Below are positions 12,101 through 24,697 of a stretch of 64,000 nt of DNA, one piece after another. This stretch comes from Rhizodiscina lignyota (taxonomy: Eukaryota): positions 1,116,001-1,180,000 of the forward strand of contig ML978130.1 in NCBI GenBank assembly GCA_010015805.1, read 5' to 3'. The notes beneath the pieces were generated by a model, which searched no databases, was not told the origin of the DNA, and saw only the letters and a program-made list of their open reading frames with translations. Within the stretch, counting starts at the first letter, position 1. Each line of letters opens with the position of its first letter. A program made the position numbers and the translations under genes.

Positions 12101-13487
12101 TTATGCATCAGTTCTCTTGCTCACTGCTTGATCCGTCTGTTGCTTCGCCACCTGCTGTACCGCCTGGGTCTTCTTCATCTTACTTGACAGCTCCACCTTG
12201 GAATACCACGCCGCGCCTGCCAACGCAACCACCATGCCTGCACCGTTCAGTGGGCCAACCTTCACGTTGAACAAAACAATGCCAAGCAGAATAGTCAGAC
12301 ACTGCTTGATATTGCCGCATACGCTGATCGTCAGCGCGCCGGCGAGTTTGTTCGTCTGGAAGGAGGTGATGTTGAGGAGGAAGGCGAGAACGCCATTGCC
12401 AGCTAAGGCAAGGATTTGGGGTCGGGTGAGGTTGCCGTCGGCGTAGTACTGGAGGAAGGAAGAGAGCTCGCCGGTCGCGCCGGAGAAGAGGATCGATTGG
12501 AGGGCTGCGAGGGGGGACATGCGGAGGAGGATTTCGAGAGCGGGGAGGGCGAGAGAGCCGGTCATCAGGCGGTTTGTTATGACAGTCTGTATGAATCCGC
12601 TGTTTTAGCACAGCTTCACTCTGAACACGACATAGGCGCTTCCGCCATTTGAATCGGAGGGAAATTGCAGTGTGTAATATGAGTATAACGAACCTTGATG
12701 GCTGCCAAGACAACTCCGGCAAGAGTGAGAACGAAGCCAACATTTGTGAAATAATAATCGCCGTAAGTAGCAAGTCCCACGCCGAGGACAAGCGGAATCA
12801 TGGAGAGGTATGTAGCGGTAGAGTATGAACGCGCATAGAAAACGCGGAAGATGACGATCGTGAACAGCGGAACGGTGGATCGCATAATTTGATGGAAAGG
12901 TACTGAAACCAAGGCGCTGGAGAACGACAGGTTAGCTTGAACAGGATAAACGGAGTGCTTGGTGAAGCTTACAGCGAAACGTTCGACATGGCAATGTTGA
13001 TGGTGAAGAGGAAGGAAAATGCAACGAGAACCATGTTCTCATATGTGGAGAGTTTCGTCAATCGGAAGTAACCTCTTAACAGGAGGCCGTAGCAGCCCAG
13101 AGCCGCGGAAGCGGAATGCAGCGCAGTCAATAGCCATGGAAACGCGAACTTTTTGGTTGTCAGCGCCTTTCGAACTCATCCTTCACAGAATTTGTGGCCA
13201 CTCACCTTCCCGAGAACCGCTTTGTTGTAAATCGTCAAGGCCAAGTTGAAAAAGAAGTAAATTCCCAAGTAGAACAGCTTCGTGTTCGTTGAAACGCCCT
13301 GTTCATATTGGACGTCCTCCTTTGGCGCGGCCTGTGGTATCTGTGACTCAACGTCCTTTGGTCTTAGGTCTCTCTTCTCAGCCTCCTCCATGTTCTCCTC
13401 CTCGTCGGAGCCGACCCCGCTATCGTGCCACTGCTCTTTTCCAGCGAAGCTCTCCCTTCTCTCTCCAGGATGTTGTAGTGACGCCAT
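12101..13487 (-). CDS. Nucleotide-sugar transporter, triose-phosphate translocator (TPT/DMT) family
   Basis: Four exons (introns 13149-13205, 12917-12972, 12587-12693). Motifs FNLALTIYNKAVL, VSVPFHQIMRSTVPLFT, LLRMSPLA, GALTISVCGNIKQ. Multiple TM helices. Confidence 0.9.
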
Positions 13488-15701
13488 TCGCAGTGCTGTA
13501 GCGTCGACGATGTCGAATTCGGCGAACGCGACTCAAAGTGGGCGCGGCGAGCGAGAATTAAGAGGGTGCGGAACGGTATTTAAGGAGGTCCCGAAAATTG
13601 AGGTATGCTTGGCTAATGAGACCATGTCGTCAGCACTGCTATTCGTATGTTTGTATTTGCTTGTCCATATGCGTCAAATGAAACGGGGGGTCGGCCACGC
13701 GCAAGCAGAGCCAGCGAGTATACGTAATCCCCTGAAAATTCCCACGCCGGCCCCAGGAATTTAGGCCAAGGAAGCGCCAAATGTCGCAAGTAGAAAACGT
13801 ACTTTGCAGAAACAAATTCGTCCACTGCCTCCCGGAACACGCTTATCCGAGATGGCGGTTATTTCAAGTCGAGCGGAAGCAAGAGAAACGAGTGTAAACG
13901 CCGAGCCTTGGTCGTTTTTCGTGCTGGATGCGGGAGTGGTACGCGTTTGCAGTGACGTTAACGTTGTCGACAGAGGGCGTCAGGACGGCGGGGAGAGAAA
14001 GATGTCTCCTACGGCAGCGAGGTGAGGTGGGAGGCGATAGGGCTAAATAGCGGTGCAGGAGCGCGCGATAGGGAGCGCGAAAGGAAATGGGGTGAGGATT
14101 ACTAGCAGGCGGGTGCAGTCGCGGCTGAGACGGGCATGGCGGCACATTGCAGGCAGCTGGGTGGAGGCATCAAGTCAAGAGTCGCGCGTGGGTAAGCAGT
14201 GCAGTGCATTTTCACCGACCGACAGACACAGTGCCACTGGCTTTCAAGGCCTTCGAGCTTGGCGCAGGAACGCCGGACCCAACGATATGCGAAATTGGAG
14301 CGGCTGGCCTGTTTTGGCCTCTTGGGACTTGCTCCTCTTGCAGCGCGTCTGCACGTCGGACGGCCATTCGCGCATGATTGGCGTTGATCACCCATCTTAT
14401 CCGATGACGGCATGGGCCTCCGAGCCACTTGAAAAGGCAGTCCTCTCACTGCCTTTGCAGGAGCTGTTGCATCGATACTTCTCGTGCGCCCATGCCACAA
14501 AGCCCATTGTCCGACGATGGAAGACGCGCCTCCATCATGGCAATTAGCAGCATCTCCTCATGACGCCCTTTCCGACCTAGTCCATCGTGCAAGTCCAGGC
14601 GAAATCCAGCTATCAGGACGTTATCACCGATAGAGCGTAGCGAGCCGCAAAGATGGGCCCAACTCAGGGGCTGCCGTCGCATTTTCGACGATCTGAAATG
14701 GATGGGATTGAGTTGGCTTATAGGGCGCGCCACCGCTATGCCAGTCTCAGCGCCGCGATTGTTCCAGAGTCCTTCCTTTTACGACAGCATATCAGACGAC
14801 TTCATTGGAGCACGTTTCTGTGGAGGATGCCCTTCTATCACGTCGCCTCCGGCTGCTGAGACGATGCTGGGGAACGCATTTCCATCGGAAAAGGCTCCGA
14901 CGATCGGTATTCGAAAGAGGCTCTCGACCGGAAATTGAATGTCGTGCAATGGAATGGACTATGTACCGGCTGCAAAATGGACGGCAAGTCTATGTATCCA
15001 ATCGAGAAATCACTATTTATTGGGAAGCGACAGTTGCGCAGCTAACCGCTTGCGGCACATCGTGATAGGAGGCAAAGGGGATCAATGCCCGTCGCTTCAC
15101 GCGCTGCCACGCTAAAATTAGGCTGACTGCTGAAGCTGCAGGGCAATGTGGTGTCCTGGAGCCCGGTCAAGCCACCACGCGCTCTAAATTGACCTCCGTG
15201 ATTGCAATCGTCTGCGTCTTGAACCTTCGTGGACGGCCGTAGTAAATAGGCCGGCGTGCCACAGTGGTGCGGCGCCTTCATATGTGGGCAGCGCTGCACG
15301 CTGCCAGGGGCACAGGCGCACTTAATTCCAGTTGTATTCCGTACCTGCACCAGCGTTAGCCCGAAGCTCCTGTCCAGCGTCAAGCCCGTCTTTTTGGCGG
15401 AGCCTCGAACCATCGCTAGCCTTTTCATCACCTCTTCCGTGCTGAGAAAAAATTGCAACTAACAAAGCTGCCGCAAGCGACCTTCACCTGGCCTTTCGTC
15501 TCGACGTCACACTGCTGCTGCCCTCGTGCGGTGACACGAAGCTGAGAGAGGCTCAGCCAGCTATAAATTTTTCTGCAGGGACCTGATTGCTGGGATTCTC
15601 GCTCAGGGACCGTTCACGGCCACCGATCACCAAATACAACTGCCCTCCGCGGAATCTCGTGAAGGCAGTGCCAGCCCTCAGTCGAGCCTTCTCGTGCCAC
15701 C

Positions 15702-17508
15702 ATGACGCTTCCAGTGCCCGCTGCGACAAACGGAACTTCTTCAGACCATAGCAGACCCGTCGCAACAAGGACAATCACCCCCGGCATCGAGCACGTCATG
15801 CGAACTTATGACCTCCTCAAGCTGCCTCACGGCAGAATCACCAAGATCTGCTGCATAGGCGCTGGCTATGTCGTGAGTACCCTCCTCTGCACGTCGCGAT
15901 AGAGTTTTGGGAGCCTTACTTGAGCAACCGCGTGATCAAACTTTATTTCCGCATCTCTTCGTCCCATCTCGAGAGCACCCCTGAAGCCTCACCGCATCCT
16001 CATACGCAACAGCGAAAAGGCCATATTTTCAGTGACTGACTGTAATATCTGTCTTCTAGGGTGGACCAACATGCGCCGTCACTGCCAACAAGAACCCTGA
16101 CGTTAGTGTAACCGTCGTCGACCTCAGCGAGTCCCGTATCGCAGCATGGAACTCCTCCACCCTCCCCATCTACGAGCCTGGCCTTTGGGAGCAGGTCCAA
16201 GGCGCACGCGACGGTGGTGCAGACCGCCCTCAGAACCTCTTCTTCTCTACAGATATTGATAAAGCGATCGACGAGGCCGAACTGATCTTCGTCTCCGTCA
16301 ACACCCCTACCAAGACCATGGGTGCTGGTGCAGGATTGGGGAGCGACACAAGTTACGTGGAAATGGCGATTCGAAAGATCGCTCAGGTCGCTACATCAGA
16401 CAAAATTGTTGTGGAGAAGAGCACGGTGCCAGTGCGCACGGCAGAGACGATGCGCGAGATTCTCAAGGCGATCGGAAAGCCAGGTGTCCATTTCGAGGTG
16501 CTGTCGAACCCCGAGTTCCTGGCTGAGGGCACCGCTATCCGCGATCTTCTCGCTCCCGACCGAATCCTCATTGGTTCTCTCCTGAATGACCACGGTCTCC
16601 AAGCCGCAGCCGCTCTCGCAGAAGTATACGCGCGCTGGGTGCCAAGAGAACGCATCATCACCATGAACCTATGGAGCTCCGAACTTGCCAAACTCGCCGC
16701 AAACGCCCTCCTAGCACAACGTATTTCCAGCATCAACGCTCTCAGCGCCGTATGCGAAGCAACAGGCGCCGACATTGACGAGATTGCCTTCGCCGTCGGC
16801 ACAGACAGCCGTATCGGCCCCAAGATGCTGAAAGCATCCGTCGGCTTCGGCGGCTCCTGCTTCAAGAAGGACGTCCTCTCCCTTGCCTACATCTCCGAGT
16901 GCCTGCACTTGCCCGAGGTCGCGGCCTACTGGCAGAGCGTCGTCGACATCAACGAGTACCAGAAGGACCGCTTCACCAAGCGCATCATCCGCTGCCTGTA
17001 CAACACCCTGAACAACAAGAAGGTCGCGGTGCTGGGCTTCTCTTACAAGAAGGATACGGGTGATACTCGTGAGTCGGCGGCTATCTCTATCATCGATGCC
17101 CTGGTTGCCGAGGGCGCGAAGATCAGCATCTACGACCCGCAGGTGCTGGAGAGCCAGATCTGGAGCGACATTGAGAAGTTCAAGGGCGCGAGGGGCGACG
17201 TGAAGCAGTACGTGACGGTGTGCAAGGATGTGTACAAGGCGTGTGAGGGCGCTCATGCCATCATCGTCCTGACTGAGTGGGACGAGTTCAGCAACAAGCA
17301 GATCGTGCCTGCAAAGGGAGGCGCAAATGGCGTTGCAAATGGCGAGAAGGAGAGGAAAAGGATGGACTGGCAAAGGGTCGCTGAGTCGATGGACCGCCCT
17401 TCGTTCGTCTTTGACGGCAGGAATATCGTGGATGCGGGCAAGTTAGAGGAGATGGGCTTCCGGGTCGAGTGCATCGGCAAGCCGGGCTCGGGTTGGTTCA
17501 AGGGCTGA
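15702..17508 (+). CDS. ugd1: UDP-glucose 6-dehydrogenase
   Basis: Intron 15873-16059 joins ICCIGAGYV|GGPT. Motifs VVEKSTVPV, SNPEFLAEG, catalytic GFGGSCFKKD, FSYKKDTGDTRES. Confidence 0.96.
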
Positions 17509-18490
17509 ATATGAGTTATGGAGATGATGAACGGACAGGAGATGAAGTATAATATATTTCGCTTTGGCTGGAGCCTCCCGCTCCTGTACAATTTTTCTTC
17601 AGTCTCTTGTATATCACATGGTTAGGGCTTCTTTTTGGGATCAAAGTATCTTTCTAGACGGGGTTTGCTTGTTAAAGCTCCGGCAGCGTCGGGATCTGGA
17701 TGGAGTGCACGTATATAGATTGTAGTGTCTCGCATTTGATTCATTGTTGGTTTGGATTTCCCTTTCCATTTCCTCGGCGGTTCTGTCTCGCTTGATGCCT
17801 CATGTCTCTCGTAAGATAGATTTCTGTTCATCGCAACCACCTCTCTCAGATGCGCGTCAGAAAAAAAAGAACCGCCTGTAAGTTCGTCGATAGTTCGTTC
17901 AGTGCATGTCAGAAAAAGAAAACCCTGTCCGCCCGCCCTCCAACGCCCATCCAATACGTGCCACAGGATAACATAGGCAAGTCCGTCCTCCCAAGTGTAC
18001 ACCAAACCACTGACGTCTCGACCTCCAAAGCTAGTTGTGGGTGTTGTGAAGGATGGAGTCCAGACCAAGATCGCGGATAGGGGCATTCGACAGGAACAAT
18101 AAATCAAGATGGTTTGATCACCCACGGAATACTTGCATTTCAATAACTTTTTGTAGCTGCAGTACAGTAGTCCCGAAGATGGATGCAACTTCGACGGGCT
18201 TGAAGCAATTATCGTGAGATATGGTTTCTCAACCTATCGCAAGACGAAATAGGCTTAGTCTAAATTTCCCTCGTGACATCGCCAGTCATCTAAGGTTTGC
18301 ATACATATCTCACTCACATCTTACTGACAAGATGCTGAATCTCGCAAATGCCATCCCTTTTCCATAATCTTAGCTGCTGTTGCAAATGCCATACCCAAAA
18401 AGACAATCCCCAACCTCATGACCTACCGAGCCATTCATCCGGCGGCCATGTCCTGGGCGACGTGAGCTGTGTTACAACATCGAATTCATC

Positions 18491-19567
18491 GTGGACAGCC
18501 ATAGAACAATCAGCCGACTCTTAATATCGCCACCAGCATCCCCTCAAGAGTGTCTTTTATCTCGGCATATTAATCAACAGACGGAGAAAAAATATACCTC
18601 TCGTTTTCTTGCCCTCCCAGCGGAGCTGCGCCTTCACATATACAGTTACCTCCTCCCAGATATTCCGTGCCTCCCAGCAATTCGAAAGCCTGAAAGGTGC
18701 CAGGAGTACCATGGCCATAATTGGGGTTGGCCAATGAGGCAGGATGGTAGTAAATCCGACGTCTCAATCATGCGTGTGAGCAAGATGATAAACGCCGAAA
18801 CTACCGACATGCTCTACAAATCTGTTGCTTTTGGGATCCAGATCTCTCCTCTGCGGGTTTCGTTCCCATGTCAAGAAATTCCATGCTGGGACTACTTCAC
18901 CCTGTGCCAAAAATTGCCTGCTGCCGACTCAGAGCTCAGAAACGCAATCCACCGCTTCAGGAAATTGCGTATCACGATCATTGTAGACAATTGGGAACCA
19001 ATCCCACCATTATTTGAGCAAATTTCAATCTCAGGGCAGACTCCAGGAGGCCGCAGGCTCAAAGACAATATTAACTGGGTTGCTGGTCATCTCAAGGCCA
19101 TGGATTGTCACGCCTGTGCGTGTAACACGTTCGAAGATGTCACCATAATTCATCCCGTCAGCGGCGAGGTCAGGCCCCTCGAAGATACTTGGAGATGGCT
19201 TTTAAACCCTTTTAAAAGCCTGCGAAACGTTCGAAATGCTGCAGTATTCTGCGTTGCCTGCGTTGCCCACGGCTCTCGGAACTCCCAGCCAGGTTGGATC
19301 TCAGTACCGTCAATAGGCGAGGGACAGCGCGACCCGACACAAGAGGGCTGTCAGAATAAAAGCATGCATACGGAAGAAGCAATATCGGCCAATGCATGCC
19401 TTGCACACATTTTTGACGAGGTATGCTCCTCCATGTGCAGCAGTATAGGCAAGCTACAGCCAGCAAGGATCCAAATCTTATCACTCCGCTGTGCCTCTGA
19501 TGGAGAAAGTCTATTATATCTACACTTAGTGGTAAAGGGATATATGTGTATATCGGACAAGAAGTAG
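18491..19567 (+). CDS. Hypothetical protein with N-terminal F-box-like motif; start uncertain
   Basis: 358-codon ORF containing SRFLALPAELRLHIYSYLL and IMRVSKMINAETTDMLY, typical of fungal F-box-like/2EXR-like proteins. Possible short first exon from the ATG at 18448. Confidence 0.6.
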   Translation: MDSHRTISRLLISPPASPQECLLSRHINQQTEKKYTSRFLALPAELRLHIYSYLLPDIPCLPAIRKPERCQEYHGHNWGWPMRQDGSKSDVSIMRVSKMINAETTDMLYKSVAFGIQISPLRVSFPCQEIPCWDYFTLCQKLPAADSELRNAIHRFRKLRITIIVDNWEPIPPLFEQISISGQTPGGRRLKDNINWVAGHLKAMDCHACACNTFEDVTIIHPVSGEVRPLEDTWRWLLNPFKSLRNVRNAAVFCVACVAHGSRNSQPGWISVPSIGEGQRDPTQEGCQNKSMHTEEAISANACLAHIFDEVCSSMCSSIGKLQPARIQILSLRCASDGESLLYLHLVVKGYMCISDKK

Positions 19568-19662
19568 TTTGCGCGGTCGTACACTGAGTTTTCCGGCAGC
19601 TAGCTCTGTTTCCTGAGCGGTATGGACTAAAGCAGTAACTCCCTGACTTTCTTGATATCCTC

Positions 19663-20082
19663 TCAAATTTGACCTAGGTCTCTATCGAGCCATTCATGTG
19701 GAGGAGTCCTCGCTTCTTGGAAAGATTTAATGGGATTCCGGACATATATCCAGAACGTCGCTCCGCTACCGACATTTGTCTCGACGCATGCCTGCTGAAG
19801 GAACGCGACACTGTACGAAGGTGCTCGCTGAAAGTCCAGTCCACTCAATCGACTCTGCGCGAAAGCGCTTTCGTCTGTAGTCCATGTGTTGTTTCCCGCA
19901 ACGCCATCTACACGACTGATGCACATGCTTGCTGTTATTAGACACATGATGTCATGGGTGAAGCATACTGCAGGCCGAAATGTTGGAGGAGCTGACTCTA
20001 AGAAGTTATTCGGGTCTTCGGCAATTAGTTGCTCTTTAGCCTTCTCGAATGTATCGTTGATACTCCATTTTGTCAAAGCCAA
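19663..20082 (-). CDS. Possible small hypothetical protein or gene fragment
   Basis: 139-codon ORF with protein-like composition, but it starts at TTG and has no recognisable family. Confidence 0.25.
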   Translation of the reverse strand: MALTKWSINDTFEKAKEQLIAEDPNNFLESAPPTFRPAVCFTHDIMCLITASMCISRVDGVAGNNTWTTDESAFAQSRLSGLDFQRAPSYSVAFLQQACVETNVGSGATFWIYVRNPIKSFQEARTPPHEWLDRDLGQI

Positions 20083-20488
20083 TCTATGAGATACGGGGTG
20101 CGCCGCTCAAGCGCCACAGGCCTTGAATCCTGCCTGAAGTGATTGTGCTCTATCATGGCCCCAACCGGTCCTTCAATCATCTTATCAGTGCTCTCTTTGT
20201 ATGGCGTTATAATTGGTAAAGCGCTAATCCGTTTGTGGAAATAGGACCCTGGTCAGTTTAGTGGGATAGCAGTTCCCTAGCGCGACTATGAGCTGAATTT
20301 GCCTCCCCGGACTCCTCCACAATTCTAAACTTAAAAGCCCTGCAATCTTACACAGCAGCATATTTCGTCCACTTAAGTCAAGGATGCTTGAAAAGGAAAT
20401 GCTGTAACTGGTGCGAAGGCATGACATGCCTTTGCGCTGAATTTCCGACAACCAGCTCAGCGGTTTGCCAGAGCGGAGAATAGTCACC

Positions 20489-22130
20489 ATGGAGGAAGCA
20501 ACTTCGAGTAACCTCCTCTGGATAAACTCTTCACCGTCTAATGTACCTTTCGGCAGCTCCAGGCACAGAGGGGAAGTAATGCGAAAAGTGGCTCAGAGAC
20601 GGAGAAAAGACCCAAGCCGCCCTCACCCTAACAGCAGACAACTTCCAATCTTCATACAAGATGACAACGCGAATGAGCCAATGGAAAGACAAAAAGATGG
20701 GAAAGACGCCACTGAGGCTGGATTCTTCGACAAGGTTGGCCACGTCCAACCCGTGAGGCTCGACAACGACGTCGTCGAATTTGGCAGTTCTCGTTTACAC
20801 ACCGAAACCCTAACACACCCGCGGGAGTTTGGGCTTGCATACCCACCGATGCTTACCAAGTGCAATGTGGAGCTTTTGGACTTGTCTTTCCTGGCTTCCC
20901 TCGAAGTTGGCCGATACACGGGTCAAAAGCTCCTTGAGAACAGAGAGAACTTGTCACATTTTTTGAGGGCAAAGAACTGGTCATACTTACCTTTCGTAGC
21001 CGGCTATCTTAATCAGAGTGCTCTCGTCCGCAGTGCCACAGACTGCGTCGTTGCTCAAGTGAGATCCCTGCTTACTCCCAATGAGCCTAAATGGGGGTCT
21101 ATAGCACTCTCGTCTTACTCCAAGGCGCTTTCAAAGCTGCAGGCGGAGATCGACCGCAACACTCAGAGTCCCACAACCGAAATTCTCTGCGCCACACAAG
21201 TTTTGGGCCTCTACGAAGTAAGACCCACCTGATACCTGTGCGGGCTGCTCTTGACACTCATGGAAATAGATGCTCAATCCCAGCCGAGAAAATGCATGGA
21301 TAAATCACGCCGCAGGCGCGGCTTGTATCATACGACTACGCGGTCCGGAAAGTTACAGCTCTGAATTCGAAAAGAGCCTTTTCATGAGCCACGTAGGGCC
21401 AATAGTGAGTCCATCGCCCACAGCCCTCGAATTCTGTGTGGGACGGCTCGTTTTAACTTTAAGCTAGATCACCGAATCGGTGCTGAACAACCAGGCCTGT
21501 TTTCTTGACCAGCCAGCCTGGAAAGCAGTCCTCCGATCAGTCATCACAGATAGTCCCCTCATACCCGAAAGAAACGCCCTGGTCATTTCTTTGCTCAGCA
21601 TTTTGACATCAATCCCTGGAATTTTCAGGGACTTTACGGAGGCGCTTTGCCATGACCCCGACTCACCGCGCGCGGTTATGAAAAAGCTAATGTCCCGGGC
21701 TCAAAACCTCCAGCTGGCACTGCAAAACTGGCACTCCAGAAATATGAGGCCCGATGGAAACCCAGTGAATGCACCGATATTCTGTGAGGGATTCTCCAAG
21801 ATTCAAGTATTGTTTTCCATCTGTTCAATGTACTCCAATCGCCTCAATACCTGCATCTTCTGGGCAGGAACACCCGGCATTGAGGAACTAGAAGAGGAGT
21901 CTCAACGCCTTGCGAACTACATAGTCTCTTTGTATAAGGAAGAAGCATGCTCGAGCCTTCAAAACTCGGTGATCCTGGCGCACAAGCTATATATTGCGGA
22001 GGCAATCATCGAATCTGCCGATGACTGGGGCAAACAGTTGAAGCTGGGCAGCGCTGGCAGTCAGCTTTTCAAAATGCCGAAAGAATCGTTCAAAAACTGG
22101 TGTTGCCTCTTTGGGCGTAAGACTTCGTAG
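20489..22130 (+). CDS. Fungal-specific transcription-factor-domain protein lacking the Zn2Cys6 cluster
   Basis: Three exons (introns 21218-21269, 21405-21467). Motifs YSKALSKLQ, ILCATQVLGLYE|ML, WINHAAGA..IIRLRGP, CFLDQPAW. Confidence 0.8.
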
Positions 22131-22607
22131 AAATACAGTCAAAGGAGCACGAGCGACTGGGCATGTAGATATTAGGGATTGCTGGACAGTTCGCAATAGA
22201 GTCCCTCTGATTCCAAGATGCCTGCATTAAACGAACCAGGGTATTATTGCCATTTTGAGCTGATCGCCTTCTGAGTCTCGCAATATGCATGATTACTCCA
22301 TTGATCCGACTCCCAATGGAGCTGCGCAGAAGTTCTGAATATTCAAGGCAGATGTTCGAGCGAATAAGGTGTCTCCGCGTCCCGAGAAATAAAACTGAAT
22401 AATGAGCCACATCGGCGACCATGCGTAATCGAACGCTGCGAGTTAGCACTTGTTAAGTCCGCCTCGCCAACAACATGCAAGACTTGAGTCTTATAAAACC
22501 AGATCTCTTGAACATTATGCTCACGCAACCTCTCTTGCAGAAGATACTTGCACACCCATCAACTGAGTGTTTCATTGCTTTCCCACATTCAACTCGGAAC
22601 CCTCACG

Positions 22608-23131
22608 ATGATCGACCACGCCGTAGTCGGGACCACTCCTGCCCTCTTCGCCACAACAGTCAAATTCTATGAGAAAGCCCTCGCGCCTCTTGCCTACAAG
22701 AAGATAAGCGAGATGCCGGACAAGGCGTGCGGATTCGGCAGTGCAGCTCCAGACTTCTGGGTCTTTGCGAATGGGCAGAGCGACACGCCCTCCCACGTCG
22801 CCCTCAGAGCCGAAGGTTCGTCTTTGTTATTTCTTCGCAGCATCCTGGGGCCACAGGCACCCCGGAGAATGATATTGAAATTAGATGGATACGGAACTAT
22901 GCTGAATGCAAGCAGATCGCGAAGCCGTTAGTAAATTCCACGAGGCGGCCGTAGAGGCTGGAGGAAAGGACAATGGCGAGCCGGGAGTCAGGCAGCATAT
23001 CCATCCGAATTACTTTGCTGCAGTAAGTTAGCCATTTTATTCCGCGGCAAGGTAGTTATCTGACTGGAAGGCAGTTTGTGCACGATCCTGCTGGCAATAA
23101 TGTCGAGGTTGTCTGCCATAACGCTGAGTAA
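22608..23131 (+). CDS. Glyoxalase / bleomycin-resistance / VOC-family protein
   Basis: Three exons (first intron 22816-22915). Motifs MIDH, FYEKALAPL, HVALRAE, FHEAAVEAGGKDNGEPG, YFAAFVHDPAGNNVEVVC. Confidence 0.9.
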
Positions 23132-23525
23132 AGAAGTTGAACTTACTGATGGGGCAATTGGAAGGGTCGGAGATGCGTATTTCGATCGTTTCGGATCTGA
23201 ATATATATAGAAAGCTCCTGCATCCTCTTCCTCTTCGAGGTTGGCTTGACATAATGCAGACAGCATTGATCTACTACCACATGCTCCTCAGCTCTTCTTT
23301 GCTATTGATTGACAACAAAGCACCGCGAACGTTTGGTGCAATGGTCAAGCGACAACCATTTACCCCCACTTCATAACTGTTTCTGTCGAGCTCCAGTAGC
23401 TTCGCTCACACATATGATAGCGTGTAAAAAGGAAGAGATGAGTCTGAAGCCAGGGATACGTTTTTCATTTGCAGCTTCCAGACCAGTGGCCATCTCGATA
23501 CAGCTTGTTGATTCTGACGATGCTC

Positions 23526-24477
23526 TTACTGCAGTTTGATGCCACCTCCACTGGCACTGACCACGCACCCTGTGATCCATCGAGCATCGTGGCTACATAG
23601 AAGCCCCACTACGTCTGCAACATCTTCTGGCTGTCCAAACCGAGGCAGACTCTGTGGAGTTATGAATTCTTGCTTGAAACCCTCGAGGTCTTCAGGTGGA
23701 CATTGCATGACGGAATCAGTCTGTGTCAGCCCTGTGGATACAGCGTTTGCGGTTGTACCGGCCATGAAGGAAAACTAAAGTAATTGTTAGCGAGCTGGGG
23801 CAAAATGCCGCCGGCACCATTACTGGAAATGATAAGCTAATTCAAGGATCCAAACACACCTTCTCTTCTCTGCCACCAAACGCCTGTGCCCAGGTCCTGC
23901 ACATTGATTCTCCGGCTGATTTCGTTGCCCCATACATCAGCTGCTTGGACCAAGGTTGCCTCACTCGAACAGAAGACATATGCACTATCCGACTCTCAGG
24001 TTGAAACATCTTTCTCTTCACTAGCTCTTCGACAATCAAGACAGGCGTTTGGATATTGCCAATCATGCTCTCTTGAATCTCATTAATCGTCAACTCCCCG
24101 AGGTTTCCCGCAAATGGGATAGCCGCATTGTTGATGAAGATGTCGACGCGGCCGGAGAAGTGCTTGGTCAAAGCATCAGCGATATCTTGCGCGCATGTTG
24201 GCGACAGAATGTTGGCAGCCAAGCCTATGATCTTTGGCTTTGAAGTGCTGTTTGTATCTTTGTAAATTCCTACGATACTGTGGTCGAGTGAGTCGATCAA
24301 GTGGATGCTTTCTACCCGTGAGCAAGTGCCTAGAATGCCGCATCCTCTCGACGCAAGATTGAGCGCAACGGAACGGCCGATGCCTCTGGATGCACCGGTT
24401 ATGACTGCGACCTTCCCGACGAGGTCTTGCTCGCGAAGTCGGAGACGAGTTGGGGTGTAAGATGTGGTCGTCGTCAT
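23526..24477 (-). CDS. Short-chain dehydrogenase/reductase
   Basis: TGASRGIG Rossmann motif, INNAA, catalytic YGATK, C-terminal RFGQPEDVA..WITG..SASGG. Intron 23775-23859. Confidence 0.92.
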
Positions 24478-24697
24478 TGCGCGGAGAGATTCTCGGGAGG
24501 GATGGCACGGACGGTGGCGCAAGCGGCTATGGGGAAAGCGCTGATTTCAGCGAAGAGGTTTTATATAATATCGTCTGACAAGGAAATCTGGTCTCTCCTA
24601 AGGAGAAGCTGAGACTTGTAGTTACGCAGCTCGGCATATGACCAATATCTCGATGCAGATTGAATGCAAGCAACCCCGCTCTGCAGCTTCACCTCCC

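Noticed and set aside
13500..15700. Many overlapping 60-160 aa ORFs in the divergent intergenic region
   Set aside because: Expected in GC-rich promoter/UTR DNA; no family motifs.
16383..17373. Long antisense ORFs over ugd1 (similar ones over the ABC transporter)
   Set aside because: Shadow frames caused by strong GC3 codon bias.
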